From Podarcis liolepis (lineage: Eukaryota), in assembly GCA_965112155.1 (NCBI GenBank), contig OZ218101.1: a DNA stretch of 64,000 nucleotides; one strand, written 5' to 3'. The notes under the pieces were generated by a model. The model saw only the letters and a program-made list of their open reading frames with translations. It was not told the origin of the DNA and ran no database searches. Position 1 is the first letter of the stretch. Each line of letters starts with the position of its first letter. This document shows, piece by piece, positions 12,625 to 26,000 of this stretch. The translations under genes and the position numbers were made by a program.

Positions 12625-13200
12625 AAGGAGTGGGCTCCTTCTAGGGTAGTTCGTCCACCTTTGGTCCCCACTTGGGTCTCACCCATTGCTCCTAGAAACT
12701 GTCGTGTGACTGCAGCCACACCCCATGAAATGGCTTCAACTGGCCAGTTAAACCAGGTTAGGGTAGCTGATCAATCTTAAACTAACGGTGAGATAGGGAC
12801 TTGTTACTCCCTCCAGTGGATTGAGGGGATGAGACCAATAGTGGGCCCAACAGTCGGGAAGGTGGAAGATTGTGGACGTCCCATGGCATGACAGAGTCTC
12901 AGACAAAGATGCGCCCAAGTTCTCAGCATGCTTGCACTTCTGTCTCAGCGACATCTACACTGGCTTGGTCCTGTACATAGAATGGAAGGTGACAGGATCC
13001 CCAAGGATATGCTTTATGGGGAGCTGGCTTCAGACATCTGGCTTGTTGGCAGACCAGCTCTGTGTTATAAAGATGTCTGCAAATGTGACATGAAGGCTGG
13101 CAACATGAAACCTGCTGCGTGGGAATTCCTTGAAGACAACCACAGAGCCTGAAGACAGACAGGTTGTGCATCCACAGCAGTGACCAGAGGAGAAATGACC
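12625..13200 (+). mobile_element. Internally deleted RTE-clade LINE (5' UTR plus ORF C-terminus)
   Basis: ORF 12928-13152 encodes LHWLGPVHRMEGDRIPKDMLYGEL...GRPALCYKDVCKCDMK, the RTE C-terminal motif; 12625-12870 is homologous to 34700-34960. Confidence 0.85.
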
Positions 13201-13273
13201 TCTGAGCTTCCCTGTGTTATCTTTTGAAACTATATCCATAGTGCAGGATAGCCAACATTAGGGGAATTATCGG

Positions 13274-13531
13274 TGTTATGTACTGAAGTTCTCACCCTGG
13301 GCCAGCAGGGGGATACTGTAGATAGTTATGCAAATAAGGGATCGAAAGTGACGTTCAGTGATTGGATAGTTTTAGAAAATTGTTACAGTTACATTGTACT
13401 GGAGCTCTATATAAGCAGGCTGACTGAACCCTGACTGAACCTGGCTGACTGAACCCTGACTGGCCTGTGAATAAACAAGAGCTGTTTGAAGAATCGATGT
13501 GTCGTCTGATATGTTCACCCACAACTTAACA
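13274..13531 (+). mobile_element. Solo LTR, 258 bp
   Basis: TGTTA...TAACA termini, TATA box (tatataag), AATAAA; flanks atcgg/atggt are only an imperfect TSD. Confidence 0.8.
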
Positions 13532-14956
13532 ATGGTACTGTGTTTCTGCCTTTGGTTCTGTTTCAGTTCTAAAAGCATGAACTCATGAAATGATAATTTG
13601 TATTCCTTTTTCCTCTTCTCAAACCCGTGTGAAACTGTTCACAGTACAGGTGGTGACACTTTTGCGGGGGGGGGGGGGGTGTCCATTCCCAGCTCCCGCA
13701 TGTTATCAGTGTGTCTTGCCTGCATTCTGACTTTTTCCGGGTCCAAAAGGACCCATGCATAGTGGATCACATGTAAATTTGACGTGCCTAAATTTGTCAC
13801 CGCCTGTACATATTTAGATTGTATATTTAGAATAGACTCTTTAAAAAAAAAAATGTTGAGCTTTTGCACCAATATTCTTGACGTATGCTTCTTTTCCAAC
13901 TGTGCAGCTTTTTAAAAAAAAAAAAATCTATCACGGCATTTTCTCTTGCAACTCCAATATCAAAATTAAAAGCGGAGTTTCACAGTCTAGCATAGGCTAA
14001 GGTAAGCATTAAAGTGAGATTTGAAGTGAAGAAATATCGCAGAGAACAAAAGGCAGAGGAAAAAGTTTCAGATGAAAGATCTTATCCAGGACACTGTTCC
14101 CATGCAGAAGTCACACTGAAGTCAAAGGAGAGATATTCAGCTCTTTTTTAAGAGCAGGAGTAAAGCATGACCTCTCCGCTCAGCACAGAAGCAACAATAG
14201 GCTCTACATCTTGGGAACGCAAAGTATAGGTAACAGATGAGATCCACCATTCCATGTTGCAGCGCCATTACCGTCACTCCAAATGAAATTGTGATACTTT
14301 TAATTGTGTTTTATGAATTTTAATACGCTGCTTGAGTATCGGAAACCACTTTGGGGTCGCAATGAGATAAAAGGCAGTCTGTGAGTGCAATAAATAAATT
14401 GCCGAAGGGCAGAGGAAGTAACCGGGGTTAAGTGAAGAGTGCAATGAACAGCCCGGCTGTTCTTATTGCAGAAGGGGGAGGGGGCTTCCTTTATTAATAG
14501 CTAGCAAAGTAATAATAAACATAATCTAGCCAAAGACAAGCATGTTCAAGTCCCATTGATTCCAGGGAGAAAGGTAAGCTTGGGTTGTATTTCCCCAGTA
14601 TTACAGACCCAGAAATTAGGAAACATTTGCAAGGCGGCGAAGTCAAGGAAGCTCAAGGTTGGCAGTGGTGGAGACGCCACACCTGCAGGGCTGCATTAGA
14701 TCTTCCCTGACCTTGGCATTGCCTCACCACATCCCTGTCCTGGCAAGCACAGTGCAGCTGCCACCAGGAAGATGCCACTGCACCCCCCCCTCCCCTTCGT
14801 GAGCCACTGGTGCCTAGAAGTAAATACCTGAAAGCATTCGGACTTGAGATTCTGAGCTGTTGAATCCTCAGGGGGGGGGAGAGGGGTTGCTTCTGCCTCC
14901 CCAACCCCTGCCTTAAACATACAAGGTGCTTCTCTGCTTCAAAAAAAGTGGAGGTA

Positions 14957-15186
14957 CAGTGGTACCTCGGGTTAAGTACTTAATTCGTTCTTGAGGTCCG
15001 TACTTAACCTGAAACTGTTCTCAACCTGAAGCATTACTTTAGCTAATGGGGCCTCCCACTGCTGCCGCGCGCGCCGCCGGAGCACAATTTCTGTTCTCAT
15101 CCTGAAGCAAAGTTCTTAACCCGAGGTACTATTTCTGGGTTAGCCGAGTCTGTAACCTGAAGTGTATGTAACCTGAGGTACCACTG
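14957..15186. mobile_element. Tc1/mariner-pogo MITE
   Basis: TA-cagtggtacctc...gaggtaccactg-TA. Confidence 0.92.
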
Positions 15187-17693
15187 TATATGGAAAGGTA
15201 TATGGAGAGGTGGCAGCATCTTGTCAAGCCTTTGTCTCCAAGTGCCAAAGCTGAGTCCTGCCTCCTTTTGTTATCCAGCAGCACTCGGTCCTTCAGAATG
15301 GGACATGACTTATCTTTTAACACCTTTAATGGGCCGGTGTCAACCCAGGCTGATTTGGTTTCCTGGTGTGTTTGTCTCCTGCTGTCTTCTTCAATTGAAG
15401 CCAGTGTTTCAAGATTAAAGGTGGCTCTCTTGGACACCGCGCAGACAGGATCCACACAATTTCAGAGAAAGCACCGTCTTCTGAAACTGGTATTATTATT
15501 ACAAACATAATTATCAATTCAGGTGAGGCTTCTGACAGCACATGGTGCCAGATCACAGCTGCTTAGCAGTAGGTGCCAGCTTTGGATACCCATTAGAATA
15601 TTTTTTACAGCACTGCAAAAAAAGGGAAGAAGAAAAAGCCACAACTTTCTATGCCACTACAATATGTTTGGGAGGAGGGTGCGGGGATAACATTTTACTA
15701 GTTTAGACAAGGGTGACTTTGGAAGAGAATATTGTGTGTCTTATGTTTTTGTGAACATAATTACTGGATTGCTTCTATTCCCCTCCCCACCCCCAAAATA
15801 CTGTTCTAATAGGTATACTAGCGCTGTTACAAGCACAGAAAATAAAAGAACAAGCCAAGTACATAGAGAGATGCCTTGTTAAAAGAAAATGTCAGGGTTT
15901 TCGGAGATGACTCCTGCTATCGCCAATCAATATGTAACATGTTTATAAAAGCAATCAAGGGAATAGTTATATTGACAGGAAAATTAGATCTAGCATTAAT
16001 AGAAACTGACAAGGGAGGTTAGCTTCTGAAGTATTAGATCAAATCATGAGGTCTTGTCTTGGAACACATTTTCCTAATCTTTCAGAACCCAAGATACTGT
16101 AGCATTGCAGACTATGGTATGAGTCTAGAAGAAGATCTGGGACTTCCGTTTCGTTTTACATGGAAAGCCCCCAAAAGGTTACAGTGAAGAATTAGCAACA
16201 GAAAAGGAGAAAAAACAGCAGAAGTCCCTTCTTCCTTCATGGCACTTGGGTTGCTGCAGTATTCCAGCCACCAGGTAAGGGTGAATGTGCAGGTAAGTTG
16301 ATGGGCAAGTCTCCAACCTTGGATGACATATGAGCCAGAGAAGAAATCTGGGGATTGCAATAATCTCATATTGGATGTAAGAAGTACAAATAGCTGAGGC
16401 TTGTATTCCAAACCAGGAAATTATGAGGTTCACCTACATCCCTGGGTGTCATGGATCTTCACATTTGGTTTGCTGGAACAGCCATGAAAGTGGGAAGAGC
16501 TGTGGGATGTACAGTATATGAAGCAGCTGTAATAATAGGTACAGTGTGCTGGTGCAGCTGTATAGCTACAATCTCTTAACTTCGCTTAAGAGAGATCAAG
16601 GGAGGACTGAGCACACCTCCTACCTGCAGATGACTAGAGGGATTCTCAAACCAGGAGGAAAAAGGCAATGGTGGGGAATTGCATATGATTCCATGACCTG
16701 CTTCCAATCTTTTTAATCTCTTGAGATATCATGTTTCTTCAACATTGGTCTAGTTTTTTTAAAAAAAAAATCACATCTATAAAAAAAATGTCTCTAACAC
16801 AAAGAAAATACATTTTTCACATTTAGTGTGCGGCAGAGATGAAATGCATGGTGAGAACAGTCATGTGATGCACTTCTTGCTCAGACAGTACCATTTTGGA
16901 TGGGAGGGAGTAGCACCTGTTTGAATTGGGGCTGAAAAATGGGGTTTATGGTTATGCTAACCAACATCAAGGGCCAGCTTTCGGTAGCCGAAATCCAAAT
17001 GCCCGAAATGACAGTGGATGAAATCAAGCGGGGAAAGATTTCTCCCACTTCTCAGACTGCCTCAAGTGAACTAAAGAAGAAAGGAGGCATTGGAGCAGTT
17101 CTGATGACTGCCATCCGTAAATCTGTTAGACAGAATCAGGTAAGAGAAGAGAGGCAATAATTCCTAGTGGCATGTCTCTAGGTAACTCTTCAAATGAAGA
17201 GAAATTGATTTCCTTCTGGGGGTTTTTTCCTTCTCTGTGGAACAACTGCCATCAATATTTTATGGGAAATGCCTTTGTTTATTTTCAATAAACTTTGCTG
17301 GCCCCATATTATAGACGTTCAAATCAAAGTTGCGGCCCATTTCTGAGTGACAAACAGCTGCCTCTGAAAGGCAGTCATCTCCTTAACACCGTTCCATACA
17401 TGAACAGGGTATGAGAAACAGCGTCACATTTAGCCGGGGCTCCATAGGAGCCTGAGTTTATTTCTTTTGGTTATTTTGGACCTGACTTTGTCAAGAGAAA
17501 ACACCATGTGACACACAGCTAATTCTCAATGGAGCTCCATTTCCCCCAACACACTCCACCAAAAGAAGTGTGCAAGACAAGGAACAAGAGCCTTTGTAGG
17601 GAAAATGAGGTTTATGCAATTCAATCTCAGGGCAACATGTCTCCTCCTCCCTTTTCAGCCTCACAACAATCTTATGAGTAGAGTATAGAAATA

Positions 17694-17907
17694 CAGTGGT
17701 ACCTCAGGTTAAGTACTTAATTCGTTCCAGAGGTCCGTACTGTTCTTAACCTGAAGCACCACTTTAGCTAATGTGGCCTCCTGCTGCTACCACACCACCA
17801 GAGCACGATTTCTGTTCTCATCCTGAAGCAAAGTTCTTAACCTGAAGCACTTTTTCTGGGTTAGCGGAGTCTGTAACCTGAAGCGTATGTAACCTGAGGT
17901 ACCACTG
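17694..17907. mobile_element. Tc1/mariner-pogo MITE
   Basis: TA-cagtggtacctc...gaggtaccactg-TA; appears inserted in an older MIR-like SINE remnant at about 17655-17980. Confidence 0.92.
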
Positions 17908-18059
17908 TACTGATCCAAGGGCGCCCAGTAAACTTTATGGCTGGATAGAAGTTTGAACTTGGGTCTCCTCAGTTCTATTCTGATGCTCTTTTTGTTATAC
18001 TGCATTGCCTATCCTTTATGGTACAGAGATGGAAACTTGGGTTGGGCTATGGGAAGCAT

Positions 18060-18239
18060 AAACGGCATTTCCGTGTGCGGCGCTGGTGCTGGCTCACCAG
18101 CTGCAGCTTCGTCACGCTGGCCACGTGACCCGGAAGTGTCTTTGGACGGCGCCGGCTCCCGGCCTCTTGAGCGAGATGAGCGCGCAACCCTAGAGTTGGA
18201 CACGACTGGCCCGTACGGGCAGGGGTACCTTTACCTTTT
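18060..18239 (-). mobile_element. Sauria SINE, 3'-truncated (gcccgtacgggc subfamily)
   Basis: Intact head; 12-bp direct repeat tatgggaagcat at 18048-18059 and 18240-18251. Confidence 0.88.
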
Positions 18240-19152
18240 TATGGGAAGCATGCATGGTCTTCTTAGTCACTGTGATAGTCTTTTTCAATGTTTTGCACAT
18301 GGGTCTTCGTGCACCTGCACTGCATGGGATCATAATTTTTAACGTTCTATACTGCCCTTCAGAAATCCATTGCTCATAGGATTGTGCAACGACCAGAACC
18401 ATTAAAAAACACAGAGAATGGAATAGCAACAAATGACATCAGGAAATAAGGTACACTAGTACAGATTTATTCAAAATCGCAAGCAACTAAAAACACTGTC
18501 GATGCCATAAAACGGAAACATAAAAAGGTTATGTAAAAGCCAAAGCAAGTGTTCAAACCAAAATAAACAAGGAGCTAAGGCTGAATGGCATGCAGAGAAA
18601 GGTCTTAACTTGGCACCTAAATCTAAAGTGAAGATGCCAGATGAGAAGTGAGTTTGCACCCCAAGGATTTCTTGGCAAGCAAACAGGAGTTCCTCGGCAG
18701 ACAAATCAATGTGGGTGAGGTTCCCTCAACGTACAAAGTCTAAAATCCTTGTAAACAGCAGAATTGCTATCTCATTACACAATTTTTAAGAGCTATGTTC
18801 ATAATACTTACACCTGAAGATTTTTGTATGACCTAAAAGTTCATGACCAGAATATGCGACATGAGTTGTTGGCCTAGTAAAAGGCATTGCTTCATTTGCT
18901 CTTCATTTTTTATTTGTATCTTACAAATTTGTAAGTAACCAACTAATAAAGCTTTAAGGATGTTGTTCTAGAGATAAGCATATGCATTCTATAACCTTGT
19001 TTTATAACACAGTAGCATATTATTTTTGTCAAGAGACTCAGCCACAAAACTGTCACTTTTTAGAGGAAGATTTGAAATTAATCAATGAAAATCCTAGCTT
19101 GGCATTTGAAACAGTGAAGGCTCTAAGCATATTTTCATGGGGAGAGCATCCT

Positions 19153-19318
19153 AAAAGGTAGAAGTACCCCTGCCCGTACGGGCCAGTCTTGTCAGACTCT
19201 AGGGTTGTGCGCTCATCTCACTCTAGAGGCCAGGAGCCGGCGCCGTCCGCAGACACTTCCGGGTCACGTGGCCAGCGTGACATCGCTGCTCTGGCAAGCC
19301 TGCACCAGCGCAGCACAA
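19153..19318 (+). mobile_element. Sauria SINE, 3'-truncated (gcccgtacgggc subfamily)
   Basis: Head and acttccgggtcacgtggccagc core present; stops at gcagcac. Confidence 0.85.
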
Positions 19319-19564
19319 AACAGGGAACATTCACTTAAAAAAGCCGATTCTTACATTGTCACCCTATGTACATTTCTTGGAAGTTAGAGAAGGACCTCTG
19401 GTGATAATTGCAGGGTCCAGGTATTTTCCCAAGGTGAGCAACAATCCCTGGGGCATTCAGGCCACAAAAGGTATTTTAGGTCAAACCATCACTCTGAATT
19501 GAGCCTGGAAACCAATTTCCACCCTGCACTCCTTTGGGAAGCGAGATAGAGTATAAATTTAATA

Positions 19565-19692
19565 AGTAAGTTGGCAGTGGAGACCACTGTAGGTCAGGGT
19601 CAATGCTATATTTTCATACCATCTGATCCTAGTCAGTGAATTCTGCACTAGCTGGAGTTGCCAAACCATCTTCAAAGACAGCCACAAAAGGC
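19565..19692 (-). mobile_element. Old L2 LINE fragment
   Basis: Minus strand encodes WLSLKMVWQLQLVQNSLTR...LHCQL, an L2 ORF2 C-terminal motif. Confidence 0.6.
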
Positions 19693-20196
19693 AAAATAAG
19701 ATTATGAAAAGACTAAATGAGTAAGAGCATAAAACAAACTTAAAATTCTGAATAACGAGTAAAAAAAAAAAATGCAAATTTTCAAAACCACCAGCAGCAG
19801 ACTGAATCAATATTTGTGATTTAGAAAGAGTTGTTCTCCAACTCAAGGGCTTTCATCACTCATATCTTCTAGAACCCTCACTTTAAATACAAGTATATCT
19901 CTACTTCTGGACTTTGCACATAATCCAACTAGATCAGAAGCTGAGCCTGTTGTAGCTGCAAACCAGCATTAAAAAAAAAAAATCATACAAACCTTCAAGT
20001 GCAGGATTGTGCCAAAATCATATAAATCTCCTGCAGTATATAAATCTAACGCTCTAAACATCAAGATTTCAGAAAACTATGCATTAACATTAAATACATT
20101 TGTTTTTGAGAGGCGTGCCTCTAGACCCTTCACATCTTTTGAAAAGGGATGGGAATTTGCACTGATTGAGAGTTTTTAGAAACACAAGGACAAGAG

Positions 20197-20531
20197 CATG
20201 GGTAGGCAAACTAAGGCCCAGGGGCTGGATCTGGCCCAATCACCTTCTCAATCCGGCCCATGGACGGTCCAGGAATCAGCGTTTCTTTACATGAGTAGAA
20301 TGTGCCCTTTTATATAAAATGCATCTCTGGGTTATTTGTGGGGCCTGCCTGGTGTTTTTACATGAGTAGAATGTGTGCTTTTATTTAAAATGCATCCCTG
20401 GGTTAATTATGGGGCATAGGAATTCATTTATTTCTCCCCCCCAAAAAATATATATATATATATAGTCTGGCCCCCACAAGGTCTGAGGAACAGTGGACTG
20501 GCCCCCTGCTGAAAATGTTTGCTGACCCCTG
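20197..20531. mobile_element. hAT MITE
   Basis: TIRs catgggtaggcaaac / gtttgctgacccctg; 8-bp TSD gacaagag/gactaaag; internal duplication of about 75 bp. Confidence 0.85.
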
Positions 20532-20574
20532 GACTAAAGAATGGTTCCTGCAATTGCAAATTTTATTACCTTAA

Positions 20575-20921
20575 AGGTAAAGGGACCCCCGACCATTAGG
20601 TCCAGTCGTGACCGACTGGGGTTGCGGCGCTCATCTCGCTTTATTGGCCGAGGGAGCCAGCATACAGCTTCCGGGTCATGTGGCCATCACGACTAAGCTG
20701 CTTCTGGCGAACCAGAGTAGTGCACGGAAACGCTGTTTACCTTCCCACCAGAGCGGTACCTATTTATCTACTTGCACTTTGACATGCTTTCGAACTGCTA
20801 GGTTGGCAGGAGCAGGGACCAAGCAATGGGAGCTCACCCCATTGTGGGGATTTGAACTGCCGACCTTCTGATCGGCAAGTCCTAGGCTCTGTGGTTTAAC
20901 CCACAGCGCCTCCCATGTCCC
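20575..20921 (+). mobile_element. Sauria SINE, full length
   Basis: 14-bp TSD ttttattaccttaa at 20561-20574 and 20922-20935. Confidence 0.96.
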
Positions 20922-21392
20922 TTTTATTACCTTAACTTGAAGCAAAAAATAAATAAACATATTAACGTATGTGAGCAGTTGTATTTTCCCCAAACTCTTT
21001 TGAGTGAACAGTGTTTTAGTCATATACTATATATCAACAAAAATTGCCATGTAAGAAACAAAGCAAATTTTCTTTTTGCTTTGTTGTTCTTGTTTTGGGT
21101 CAGTGTTCTTTACCGCACAGGAGAGTCAGCCATGTGGGTGATGCTAGCACAGATTATTCTTGATGTCCCTGTTTTTCAAGCAATTAACACCTACTTGCCG
21201 TTAGCATCATCAGTGAGAAGTGAAGCACATGTAGGTGCAAGCCCTTCCTTTAACACTTCTAATGTAAATAAACTACATTAAATACAAATTAAGCTGACAA
21301 CATATTACCCAGGCATGCTAGCCCGTCTGCGTGTTCTTCATTGAAGAACCAATTGCAAGCAAATATTGAATTCAGTTCACAAGTCCATTGAC

Positions 21393-21744
21393 AGGTAAAG
21401 GTAAAGGGACCCCTGACCATTAGGTCCAGTTGTGACCGACTCTGGGGTTGCGGTGCTCATCTTGCTTTATTGGCCAAGGGAGCTGGCGTACAGCTTCCGG
21501 GTCATGTGGCCAGCATGACTAAGCCACTTCTGGCGAACCAGAGCAGCGCACAGAAACGCCGTTTACCTTCCCGCCAGAGCGGTACCTATTTATCTACTTG
21601 CACTTTGACATGCTTTCAAACTGCTAGGTTGGCAGGAGCAGGGACCGAGCAACGGGAGCTCACCCCGTCACGGGGATTCGAACCGCCAACCTTCTAATCG
21701 GCAAGTCCTAGGCTCTGTGGTTTAACCCACAGTGCCACCCGCGT
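21393..21744 (+). mobile_element. Sauria SINE, full length
   Basis: Head aggtaaaggtaaaggg through tail ccacagtgccacccgcg. Confidence 0.95.
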
Positions 21745-22837
21745 GATAGTTCAGGCCAAATGTTGAATGAGAAAAGAAAAACTTGTGGGCAATGTTGCAT
21801 TATACTGAGTTAAAGCCAGTCCAAATATGTCACCCTTAGGGTCCCATTCAAAACAATGTAAAAAGTTAGCCACTACTAACTTGAGTCCCACTGACTTCCA
21901 TGGAAACTGTAGTGGAGAACTAACTTGGTCTGGATCCAAACAATAGTTCACTGAATCTACTCAGTGAGATGGAGGGAAAAATAAACATCAGAAACATTCT
22001 GTAAATGCAGAAGTTTAGTAACAAGAACCAGGGAGAATTCTGCAAGGCTTCACGGATGTTAAGAAGGGTACTTCAAAACCATTCTTCTACTTCCCTACTG
22101 CTCTGCTTCTCATTATCTTTTATTCCCACAGTTTACCGTCTCCTTCCAAAAGTGCATTTGTATCATTGATGCATGAATGATACAAAATCTAGTTAAAACA
22201 GAAAGTTAAGGCAACACTAAAACACAGTAGGGAGGACTCTCATAAAATAGGAGAAACACGAAATGAAAAATGGCATCCAGAATGTGCATACGGGCCAGTA
22301 TATTTAACAGGATAATGCACCCATTATGAAAACTATTTACTTATTTATTTATGCATCTGTATGGAGAACAGGGCAATAGATTTTTAATAGATGTCACTAG
22401 ATACCACTAACAATGAAGAAAAACTTCATGTGGCTTCTGAAGGAAAGTGAGGCAGGGTGCTGCCCTGGGTGGCAACAAATGAGTGATGACAACTTCCTTT
22501 TGCACATTTTCTTCCTCCTTTAACCCAGAGAAACACAATGGCGATCTGTCTTTTGTTACATTCCATTTTAATTAAAGGCTCAGCACCAAAAAAGCAGGAA
22601 GAAAATAAAGGAAAGGATGACAAAGAGCAAGAGAGAGCGCACAAAAACATCAGCAGATGAAACAAAGAAGTGAATGTGAGGATTCCCCCCCCCCCCAGAA
22701 GGCTATGTGCATTACTGCAACACTATATCTGGACAACAACTGTGGAAGAAACCTGAATGATTTCAAGACAACCTTCAGGAACTACAAAAGACAGTACAGT
22801 GGATGGGAGGAACAAGTGAAGATGGTCACACCTATTA

Positions 22838-23079
22838 CAGTGGTACCTCGGGTTAAGAACTTAATTTGTTCTGGAGGTCTGTTCTTAACCTGAAACTGCT
22901 CTTAACCTGAAGCACCACTTTGGCTAATGAGGCCTCCCGCTGCTGCCACACCACTGCTGCACGATTTCTGTTCTCATCCTGAAGCAAAGTTCTTAACCCG
23001 AGGTACTATTTCTGGGTTAGCAGAGTCTGTAACCTGAAGCGTATGTAACCTGAAGCGTATGTAACCCAAGGTACCACTG
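22838..23079. mobile_element. Tc1/mariner-pogo MITE
   Basis: TA-flanked cagtggtacc TIRs. Confidence 0.92.
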
Positions 23080-26000
23080 TACTACAATACAGAAACACGA
23101 GCATAAGTCTGAAAGCACCCTGATAATTTCGTGTCTCGTTCAAAGGAGAGTCACACTGAAAATCGTTCTGAAGACAGTCAAGGATTGGATTCAAAGGAAG
23201 CCAAATCAGATGCTGGGAAAGTGAGAAGTAAAAAAACAACTACGAAAGCCAAAAAAGAAAATTCTGGAGGAAAACAGAAAGTGATGAAGAAGTAGAGGGA
23301 AAGCCTTGCAGGTGCCAAAAAGTTCAGGCCTTATGGGGAAATGGCAAGAAGAAGTGAAACAGGAAAGCACTGATCAAGAGGCTGAAGCAGCTGTTCTGCA
23401 GGAAACATCTTGGGCAGCATCTCACATAGCCAAGTCTTATGGTGACTGGGAGGAAATTGCAGAAGAGGAAGTTCCACATGAAGAGGTAGACTTGGAGCTT
23501 CCCAACATGGAAAGTGTCTCTCTGCCAACACTGGCTCTGGAAGTCCCAGAGAAGGCCAGATTCTCTTGGAGACATGACAGAGAGAATACTGTACCAGTTT
23601 TCAAAAAGTGAAAATTTGAAAATGGAAAATCTAGAAACATACGACAGAGACTGAATTGTTAAAATTTGTTGGTATAAATTGTATTTTTCTTCTTCTTTTT
23701 GAGGTTATACTATTTAATTTTATTTTTGCTAGAAAAAGGTTTCTTCTTCATTTATGCAGTTATAAAAAAAAATTGTACACATCTGATGAGTTAGTGTTTC
23801 TTTTGTCTTATAAGCTGGTATGTTGTCCTGAGTCATTTTCTAAGGGAGTTGGGAATTTAGCAACTCTACCAGTTATATTCTATTCATTCGGTGGGTTGTC
23901 ATTGGTGAATACTGGAGGGGATCAAACTTCCTGGTGGTTGCTTTCGAAAGCAGTATTGTAATTCATACGTTATTTTCTCTTAAGATTAAAAATCAACATG
24001 ATGTGATAGACGATCACACCCCACTTTGGTTTTTAAAGTCGAGCAGGGAATATGTAACCACGTACCTCTTAAAATTATGGCAAGCTGTGAAATGTGATCC
24101 AGCAATTAGTATCAAACTTTTCTCTCATTTACCTTAACAGAAAGTAGTAGAATACATAGGTATCACAGCAATTTACCATTCAAATCTAAGGAAGATTTCA
24201 ATGCGATAACCAGGATTTCAGCCCCATGTTATGGGCAACAATGTTATTTTTGGGTCTCAAATCTTTCTGGTTTTCTTCATGCTACTTTTGTGCGTTTGTG
24301 ACAGTAGTCTGAATATTCTTTAGTTTCCATTATTTTTCTTGGAAGCTTTGCATGAAGAAAAGGTATGTTTTGTAAACTGGATATATAGATATGGGCAAGT
24401 CTCTTGGGAGTGCAGCTTTCAATCAGATTGTGCATTTCTCCAAATCTTGCTATGTGATTTTAGTTCAAAAATGTGCATTTTAAAGGGGAAACATGACAAT
24501 TCTTTTATTATTGAAAGCATGCAGAAATGCATGATATAGGGAAAGAATGCATATAAAATACGTTTAGGACGTATACAGTTTACATACAAGTTTGTTGTGC
24601 TAATTAAAATACAACAGACCCAAAAGGGGGGGTTGGGGGGTATAATGGACCTATGACTGAATACATGGGAAAGGGGCACAGATATAGGCAAATACATCTT
24701 GCATGCTTTACTTAACTTTGTCCCCAAATACATTTGCTTAAGGAAGTATTTTATGCAGGAATTCTGGGTAACTGAGATCAAAACTCTACTGCTTTCTTTG
24801 CTGCTGGGTCAGCACACAGCAGCAGAGGGTGTGGTACTTCAATGTCAGCTTTGTGTTTGCTAATTTGTTGTCATCACTTTAAAGTGAATGGAAGATAGCT
24901 TCATGTGTGGGTGGATGTCTGTATTGTATTAAGGTGAAAACCAAGTTCATATTAGAGGATAGCAAACTTACCCTGTCCTAAAAGTTCAGCCCACAATCAT
25001 CATGCAGGTAATTTGGAGTTTTCCAACTTGAGAACCTGGCTAGCTAATGTTAAGTTGGTATTGATAAAGGATTCATACACCAATTACACAAATTTTCTCA
25101 TTGAAGTCAGTGTAGAGCCCAACAAGGTCTTTCAGTGCACCTGAATCTGCTCTATGGGTTATGCTATAGAGAGTGTCACTGGATGTCCTTATTTCTGTTT
25201 TTTCCCCTTCTAGATCCTCATTTATCAGTATTTGGTGGTTTGAGATTTGCACGCATTAAGCATGTAGCAAGCCCAGACAGAGTCTGGTGAGAACAATAGT
25301 TAATGAGACAGAACACACATTTTAATAAGGTTGCTTGCCTGTAGAAGCATTTAATCTAACCCATGGCACTGGATATACAAAAGCTGCACTACTTGCAAAT
25401 TGCTGCCAATCAGTGTTTATGTGCAGAAAAGTTTAGGGAAAATATTTGCTTTACTAAATATAGTATAAAAGCATCCTCCCCGGCAGTAACGATAACAAAC
25501 ATATCATTAGAGAGATCATTTGTTGCTGCCAGATTAGAGAGATTTTGTTTACAAGCCGCAACTGCAAAGTGCCAAGATTTAAACCAATTTTAGTCCTACT
25601 GACTTCAAGTGGGAGCTAGGCTGTCTTGAAAAATTGTGCCCCAGGCTGTCTATGATCTAGGATGCAACTAATAAGCAGTTCCCCAAACAGAGGTCTGCAT
25701 GTATCAAGAGAAACAGAGTGTGCCTGCATCTTACGCATGTTTCCTTGTGCTATTTCAACCATACATGGGATGCTCTCGTGAGATCTTTCAGGAAATTGGA
25801 TTCTCCTGTAAAATCTCCAAAGAGCATCCCTAACACTCCCAGAGCTGGTGTGCTGAAATGGCCTTGTCCAAGAAGCAAGGTTGAGAGCTTAACAGTTACC
25901 TTTGTGCCAGGTAACCCCAAGTGGACCTGGTGCAAAAAATACCTTTGATGTTGTCAGCTGTGCTTCACAGGTAAGGCCTACTCAGCATGCCAACTCTGGG

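Noticed and set aside
16939-17160. Plus-strand ORF ending near a CAG|gtaaga donor
   Set aside because: No convincing acceptor and no recognisable protein
20608-20871. Recurring peptides LPGHVASMTKPLL...GTYLSTCTLTCFRTARL
   Set aside because: Chance translations of Sauria SINE copies
23200-23611. Glu-rich 101-aa ORF
   Set aside because: Purine-rich low-complexity sequence with no recognisable domain; possibly a decayed LTR like 5420-5960, but boundaries are unsupported
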